A stretch of DNA of 61,378 bases, counting the filler, from Choristocarpus tenellus KU-1152 (Eukaryota > Protista > Phaeophyceae): assembly GCA_964200185.2 (NCBI GenBank). It is 7 parts of 7 records of this genome, joined end to end, with 100 filler letters (N's around TTAATTAATTAA, not from the genome) between each part and the next. Parts side by side here need not be neighbours in the genome. Positions count along the whole stretch, not along the records: positions 54,147 to 61,378 come from CAXNAD020006499.1; 6 more parts are not named here. The stretch is one strand, 5' to 3'. The position numbers were made by a program, and so were the translations under genes. Shown piece by piece: positions 54,186 to 61,378 of the stretch. Position 1 is the first letter of the stretch, and the number at the start of each line of letters is the position of its first letter. The notes under the pieces are model-generated. The model saw only the letters and a program-made list of their open reading frames with translations, was not told the DNA's origin and did not search any database.

Positions 54186-56825
54186 ACTGACATGACAACA
54201 GCAGGTAACAGATTGGGACAGATGAGGATATTTACGCCAACTTCAGGGAGAAATTCGAACAGGAGGGGATGTCAGGACCAATACCCTGTCTGTTGATATT
54301 CTTGAAGTGGAGACTGTTCTTCATCACAAAGGCCACGCCAAGGTGTGCGCGGAAATGGTCTTTCGAGTTTTAGGACAAACGCGACAGTGATGCTAGGGTA
54401 AGTCTATGTTTCTTAACCGCCACACGGTACCCAGTCACATACCGCATCATCCGTGTCCACACACAAGGGGTGCTAACCCACTGTATCCCTCTCTCCACTC
54501 TTCCACGCAATACCGATCGTGCGTTTGCATTCATCACATGACCACCGACCTCCAGGTTCAGTGCGCCTAAGAGAGAACTGGAAGAAAGTACATGCGAGGA
54601 GGATCTTTGGCGACGATGGACAACGCACTTGCGCATGCACATGCGCATTCTGTGACAAAGGCAAGGGATGCGGCTCTAAAAAAGTGGAGGCCGCACTCGA
54701 AAGTGGTGCTCATCTAATGGCCTTGACAAAGGCAAGAGATGCGGCTCTAAAAAGTGGAGGCCGCACTCGAAAGTGGTGCTCATCTAATGGCCTTCCTCCT
54801 GTAAGTTTCTATGCCAAACCACACCCATGACGTGGCGAATGTGTCAGCCCCAAGAGCTGGAGCAACAACCAAAATAATGAACCCACCGTAGATACACACC
54901 AACGTACTCGCCCCCAAACCATTTCACTACGTCCTCTAAATACGTGGCAGCGACAGCCGGACTCCACTCGTGACGTTCAATCCGCTACTCAAACCTCTAC
55001 ACTGTCACCAAAAACCGCTCTTGGACTAATCAAAACAAAACAGATGCGAGAGGATCGTGTTGGAGCCTCTCAGTGAACTGTCCTCTGGCGGTTCCTTGGG
55101 CAGTTTCAAAAATTCTTGTGTTGTCGGTACATGTCGTAGGTGTGACTGGAAACCTCATCCGATGTGGAAATGCCCTAGTATGTTGGACTCTCTCACAGCA
55201 CCCGTGTCACATGGAACGAGTCCGTCCACGCATACAACCCGGTTGTGGAGGCGGACCTGCAACGAAAGACTTGCCAGGAGATAAAGGTGTACCTTATCCA
55301 AAAACACTCACCAACTAATTAGATTTGGAAGACGAACCTGTCCGGTTCCACCCTCACGCCGGGTCCAGGACCGATACAGCAAGCTACCCTGCCAATCAAC
55401 CATATCTGCATGTTCACATCCAGACCACACACCCATGCTCCTATAAATCTCTATGTCCGTCTACACTGCCACAGAGGCGCTGTCCTCTAGACTTGGCATC
55501 ACCACCCCCAGCAGGACCACCAAAGATGACATGATCAAGATGATCAAGGCAAAACATGCAGAGCTGAGGACGGAAAATCTCATGACCGACGATTTGATTA
55601 TCGCTAAGTGCATGGTGGGAGAGTCCGCCCCCGACTTCAGGAGGAACAGGACCGAGGAGAATGACCACGAAGACGCCACAGGGTCTATGGACAAGCACAG
55701 CCGGAGAGACGAAAGGTGAGCAACAGTTTCCTTCGAGTAAAATTTAAAATGTACATTGGATGTGTCACGGCGTATTGGCCAAACAACGAACAGATACTCC
55801 CTCCCACAGCACCGAACGTAATCGATTACACCACAAGAAAGCCTGAATCACCACGACCTGTCACCAGCAACAACGCTCGAAACACGACCACCTGGCCTAT
55901 TCAATACAGGTGCTGTTCCCAAGGATGGAGGGTTTCCCCACACTCCTAAAAGTCATATTTGCAAACTTCGACAAGAGCTTCTTCCTTCATCACAACACCA
56001 CCATTCGGCAGGCGTAACAATACAAACACTGCAAATCCCGCTTCCCCAAAGGACACGCCACCATGTCCATGAACTTCACCGCCCACCTGCAACACAACCA
56101 ACAAGACTTGACACAACAAGAGTTCTTCAATCTATTCCTTACGGCGCTTCTGACCATTGTCTGGTAGTTGGATCTCAGAGAAGAGGGAAAGCTTGGGAAG
56201 GGAAGGGTTTGGGCTCACAGCATGACGGTGTGTAGTGAAGACCGAAGCCAAGACAACGAGTTCGTCCAGAACACCGTGGAGATGTTTGTGAAAGACCACC
56301 TAATACCTCTAGCCAGTGAATACGGACAGACCCTAGAGGTCCTCCACATCTGGTCTGATGGCTGCGGGAGGCAGTTCAAGAACAAATGGCAGATGTGGTG
56401 GGTTTCTCAGTCCTTAGAGCGGATGGGAATTTCCGTGGTACACAACTTCTTTGCCTCCTCCTGTCATGGCAAGTCCTTGTCTGATGGAGTCGGGGCTGTG
56501 GTGAAGTCTGCTGCCAGGAGACTGGAACCACACGGGGTGCGCATGCCAGGAACCTCATCCCTAGTGTGGATACTACAATCAAGGCAACCAACACTCAATA
56601 CACCTTGAGGGATCCGACAGCAGAGGAAGAGTGGCGCTATCGCAAAGGTCAAAAGCTTTCTCCCGGACAGACAATTGTCACAAAGAGGTAGGCACACTCC
56701 ACATAACGAACCCCCCCCACACTCACAAAGTTCGGCCTCTGTTTGCCACTGGCGACACAACCCCAACACGTACGCCCCTTGCCCACCTATAACAAACAAC
56801 ACTCAATATGTACCGTTCAAAAACG

Positions 56826-58000
56826 TATGTCACATCCGTCACTCCCTTCACGCCGACACGACACTCAGCGTCTAGATAACACATACGCACTTATCAAATG
56901 ACTGCACAGACAGTCTGTACACAATTACAACTATCGCCGCCTATTTTGTACAAGTCTGCCAATCGGTATACTCGCGCAAAACTACAAGGTCTTGTTTTCT
57001 TTCCAGTATCAACGTCGACCATAAACCCATCGCTTGTTGCAGGAATATATACCACATATACTACATGTATGATTCTCCCCACCCACAATAATTTGATCCG
57101 TGCTTGCCACTCGCATCAGTCTGCACCCTCCCGCCCTTTAATAACCCATGCACTAAACACGCAATAGATATCGTTGACCCATTTATGTCACATCCGTGCC
57201 TTCCCTTCATGTCGACACCAAGAATCACATGATAATCGCACGTACGTATTTATTAATCGACCACATACCATCCATGCACACTTGCAACCATCGCCCTCGA
57301 TTTAGAATAAGTCCGCCAATCGGTAAACTAACCAAAACTCCGAGTTCTTGTTTCCTTTCACGTAAAAACGTCGGCCATGTACCCATCGCTTGCTGCAGGA
57401 ATAGATACCACATGTGCCATCTGCATGATTTTCCCCACTCACAATAATTGATCCCTGTTTGCAACTCGCGACAGTCTGCACCCTCCCGCCCCTTGCTAAC
57501 CCATATACAATAAAATGGCAATACATTGAATGAAAGTATCTGAGAGGGTACGAGTTTTGCCCTGTTTGCCCATTTGGGGCTTGGCTTCCCATGGGGTTTT
57601 TATGATATTTTGCCTACTCCAAAATGTTTCGGAGTAGGTAATATGTATATGTTATGAAATGGTGTGTCCGGAACAAGGATACTGACACTTCCTAACAAAT
57701 ACAACGGATAAAATTACATGGTAATCGCAACATTGGATTTTGGCCCCCAAATGGATGCGGCCGTACCCTCTAAGATAATCTGACTCATTTCGTTGACCCA
57801 TTATGTCACATCCGTGCCTTCCCTTCATGCCGACACCACGAATCACATGATAATCGCCTACGCACTTCTTAATCGACCGCACAAAGTCCGTGCACACTTG
57901 CAACCATCGCCCTCTATTTTTCAGAAGTCTATCAATAGGTAAACTAACCCAAAACTCCAAGTTTTGGGTTTCATCACACGCTGCCATCTGTCATTACCGA
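56826..58000. repeat. ~355-bp tandem repeat, 3 copies
   Basis: tatgtcacatccgt...cccttca.g.cgacac at 56826, 57184 and 57802; the spacing is regular once the 57528-57786 MITE is subtracted. Confidence 0.85.
57528..57786 (-). mobile_element. MITE family A (259 bp)
   Basis: Reverse-complement copy; the empty site is visible in the neighbouring repeat unit (gcaatagatatcgttgaccc at 57161). Confidence 0.92.
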
Positions 58001-59030
58001 ATACGTGTTACAGGAATAGGTAGCACATAGCCAAAAAAATGCCATCACATCGAATCGGTCACAGGACACTGCCTCAGTGCCGACACTAACTCCAACACGT
58101 ACCACACCTCCCCTTATACGCACAATCACCACAACCTTTAGCATTTGGACGGACAGGGACGGTAGACAGCACAGTAACACGTATACGAAACCTTCTATAC
58201 ATCGACACGTTCCGCACACAGGAGATGATCCGGTCCCCGCGTCGTGCCCCTTCAGGTTATCGTCATCTCAGACTTCAGGGACATCGACCAAGACCACCTG
58301 GACAACAAATTCTCGATCCTGCCTGGTCAATACCAGAGGTTCACCTCAGGATCCTACCGGCAATCCCTCGGTGGGATACTAGCTCGCTTCTCTGGGCAAC
58401 TCAGAATTGGGGGGACACCTCCGACGCCAGGTTTGTTCGAGGAACCAGCTTCGTCCTACGCGCGAGTGGGGGGGCCATCGTACAGGGAAGGTCAGCGATG
58501 TTCACGTAGATGGTTGAGGGGCGTACATTTACTCAGTGTTCTACCTTCCCGACGATGGCGAAAAATCTTTGCCCCCTCAGCTGGGGTCGTACATGACAGA
58601 GGACGAGATCGAGGAGGGTGTCAACCAACTTCGAGGGAAGAACAAGAGGGACAGTGACGAGGCTGCAGCCCTGTGTGTCAGACAACGCCGTCGGTCGATT
58701 GTTGACCGCTAGAGGAAGCGTAGGGACATGGGGAAGGATACATAGAAATATATACTTTTTTTTGAACCGACACTGAGAGTGCTGTGCCAGATTTAGATGA
58801 TGGAGAAATACTCAATGCCAGAGACAAGGGCAGGGGACTATACTTCAGATGGGACGATCAGTGGATGGGATGGACCGTGACCAAGTACCAGCCCCTCTAC
58901 ACGGTGAAAGTTGGAGAGGAGCGAGTCAGCTACCCCTACGAGGTCAAATGGGAGAATGGCGACTTGCGAAATATCCAGCTTCTTGTCCAACACTACAAGT
59001 ACTGACCAAGATGCTCCTACACGGGCCTGG

Positions 59031-59669
59031 TGTTGAAATATCCCCCACACTGGAACGGCTTTTATGGTGCTTAAAGAAGGACAAAGAACAGCTTGATGTA
59101 GATGAACAAAGTCAATATTACAAGGCCCTTTATGGTCTCGATTCCGCTGACTGAGCATGTGAGTGAGACTCTAGCCTAAACTACCATATTATTATTCTAC
59201 AGTGTGGGATTTGTAATCGTCCACACTACTTTACTATGAATTACCTATTTACTTGTCTTAAGGTATAGAAAGTGTATCTTGAACAGGATATAAAAACCAA
59301 TCAACGTTATGAGTCAGTACATAGAATATATCTGTCAATGGCTCTCCATCCTATTATCTAATCCACCGGTGGTGTCTACGTGTATCAGAGTCAAAGTATC
59401 TTAGAGGTTAGGTCCACGTCCATTCGGGGGCCAAAATCCAATGTTGCGATTTCCATGTGATTTTATCGATTGTATTTGTTAGGAAGTGTCAGTATCCTTG
59501 TTCCGGACACACCATTTCATAACATGTACATATTACCTACTCCGAAACATTTCGGAGTAGGAAAAATATCACAAAAACCCCATGGGAAGCCAAGCCCCAA
59601 ATGGACAAACAGGGCAAAACTCGTACCCTCTAAGATACTTTCACTCATCAGCAGCACTATCTACGAACA
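59031..59669 (+). mobile_element. Solo LTR with 5-bp TSD CCTGG (contains nested MITE)
   Basis: TGTT...AACA termini; CCTGG at 59026-59030 and 59670-59674. Confidence 0.93.
59388..59646 (+). mobile_element. MITE family A (259 bp)
   Basis: TIRs intact; TSD ATCA; empty site seen in the LTR copy at 54161. Confidence 0.95.
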
Positions 59670-60299
59670 CCTGGTTCTGGACAAGTCCTACACTGCCACC
59701 ATACTGACGAGAGACACGCCTTTGAGGAGCAACATAGGCCAATTGCTGTTTGTGAGTCACCCTCTACTTCGCCAGTCCGACACATGCCTCGACAGACATG
59801 TTATGATGGAGAGATCGGACGTGTTCCCTAAATCAACGGACTTACGCATTTGGTATATTGAATTTATTATCTTCCTGAAGAGTTTGTGTCTATATGTCCT
59901 TACATGCATGCTTTTATTGGCCCAGTGGCAACCTAGATTTCATCTCCATTAGTGCGTTCTACTACTATCCTCTATTACTTTTACTGCCATGCCTAATCCT
60001 TTTTCCTCCCCTCTTTGCGTTGATCGGATCACAGAGCAATTGACAGAAACCTTACTAAACCTACTTTGACGCACAAGCATCTCGTACTCCATACCACCGT
60101 CTTCAGCACAGGTTGAGATTTCCACTACGGAAGACCTCTCTTCCACATCCAACTAAACGGTGGCAACCACCCCGGCTCCAAACTTTGAACCCAACGGCAA
60201 CTTCCCTGAGCCATAATAACATAGTCTACATCCACTCAAGCGCCAAGTGTAGGTCCTATAGTCATTTATCCCGAACTACATCAGAAGAGGACGGTGGCT

Positions 60300-60485
60300 G
60301 GGTCAAAGTATCTTGGGGGGTGGTGCTTTGTGAGGGGGCATCCGTTTCGGTCTGGACGAATTGCTCAAAAATCATAGCAATTGCTTCACTACTGAAGACA
60401 GCAATTGCTATGATTTTTGAGCGATTCGTCCGGAACGAAACGGACGCCCCCTCACAAACCACCCCCCCCCCAGACACTTTGACCC
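60300..60485. mobile_element. Fully palindromic MITE related to family B
   Basis: GGGTCAAAGTATCT...AGACACTTTGACCC; arms pair over about 85 bp. Confidence 0.9.
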
Positions 60486-61259
60486 TCCTGTTTGCGGAAA
60501 AACTATTTTACAGAGGAATAGTTTGTCATGAGAAGATATCTTAACACATAGAGTCAGCAAGAAATATATGTACGAATGTGTACAACATAATTTTTGGTTC
60601 AGTTCTTTATTTGCATATAGAGATGGGGTTTTCGGCATAGCCAAGTGCTAGTAGGGTTTGAGTTTTCTTTCCTTTCGTAGTATGTGGTCCCAAACCCTTT
60701 AAGTGAAAGACCTCCATGGAGAGTTCGGTGTGGTCAAAGTGCTAAAAGAGGTTGAGTTCCGTTTCTTGCAGTATGTGGTTCCACACCCTTCTAGAGAAAG
60801 ATCTCCATATATATTGTTATCTTGGCATCACCGCGGCAGGTGCGAGTATTAGACCCGTGCTCAAAAGGGGTAGCGTACACACAAGAAGCAGTAAGACCTA
60901 CGCAAAAGAGAGCTATTCCAATAGAGTATTTTCATTATGCTGTATGGATGTATTTATTAGCAGAGTGAGCGCAGCCCTCGGTGGTGGGGGGTGCTCTCTC
61001 TTATTATCTTATTGCACACGTCAGCAGACACATCAAAAACGTGTCCTGCCGTTGGTCATACTATATCATTTATCCTGTGTAACTAGTACTAGGTCAGTAA
61101 TCCTCCCTCATTCCGCTTATATCAAGTTATAAGAAATCAACCATACGAGATTCTAACCTATTACCCTAAGCACACGAAAGCAAATCCTTGACACATATTC
61201 CACTTAGTCAACATTTCTGTTGTCCAGGAATGGTCACTAAACAGCTATAAACCATATAG

Positions 61260-61378
61260 GACTCAAAGTATCTTAGATGGTAGAGCCGCGTCCATTTGGG
61301 GGCCAAAATCCAATGTTGCGATATTGATGTACTTTTGTTTATCTTGTTTGTTAAGAGGTGTAAATATCCTTGTTATGG
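61260..61378 (+). mobile_element. MITE family A 5' part, runs off window
   Basis: GACTCAAAGTATCTTAGATGGTAGAGCCGCGTCCATTTGGGGGCCAAAATCCAATG. Confidence 0.85.

Larger units (their letters stand above)
54218..59700 (+). pseudogene. Fragmented Sola2-type DDE transposase gene
   Basis: TDEDIYANF...FLKWRLFFITK (about 54218); CVVGTCRRC (about 55115); MSMNF...QDLTQQEFF (about 56063-56130); IWSDGCGRQFKN and HNFFASSCHGKSLSDGVGAVVK (56168-56608); probable C-terminal exon 58784-59030 continuing after the LTR. Stops and frameshifts present. Confidence 0.75.

Noticed and set aside
54147-59669. LTR retrotransposon carrying a DNA transposase
   Set aside because: The right LTR has its own CCTGG TSD, so it is an independent solo insertion.

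Overview
Eukaryotic, repeat-rich draft assembly made of seven contigs joined by artificial 100-bp linkers (N-run + TTAATTAATTAA + N-run), so adjacency across linkers is meaningless. Spliceosomal GT-AG introns of about 130-530 bp, interstitial TTAGGG tracts and a bipartite plastid-type presequence suggest a photosynthetic stramenopile (inference only). Contigs 1-3, 5 and 7 are mostly decayed transposons and satellites: at least three MITE families with GRG termini and 4-bp TSDs plus a degenerate Sola2-type transposase, a 330-380-bp LTR family including a solo LTR with a 5-bp TSD, gag remnants, and two ~75-85-bp satellites with trimeric higher-order structure. Contig 4 has tRNA-Lys(TTT) and a presequence-bearing NUMOD4/HNH-like gene lacking the catalytic His. 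Contig 6 is a compact gene block: a METTL21-type methyltransferase, a TMEM185-like protein, a DDX20-like gene, COX6B and SKA2. The best candidate for a novel system is the intact 4-exon DDX20-like gene. Its ATPase motifs are altered (GKT lost, DEAD->DSAD), it has no second RecA domain, and in that position it carries five tandem YSxxEL(R/Q)xL motifs resembling eIF4E-binding motifs. All gene models were built by eye; no database search was possible.
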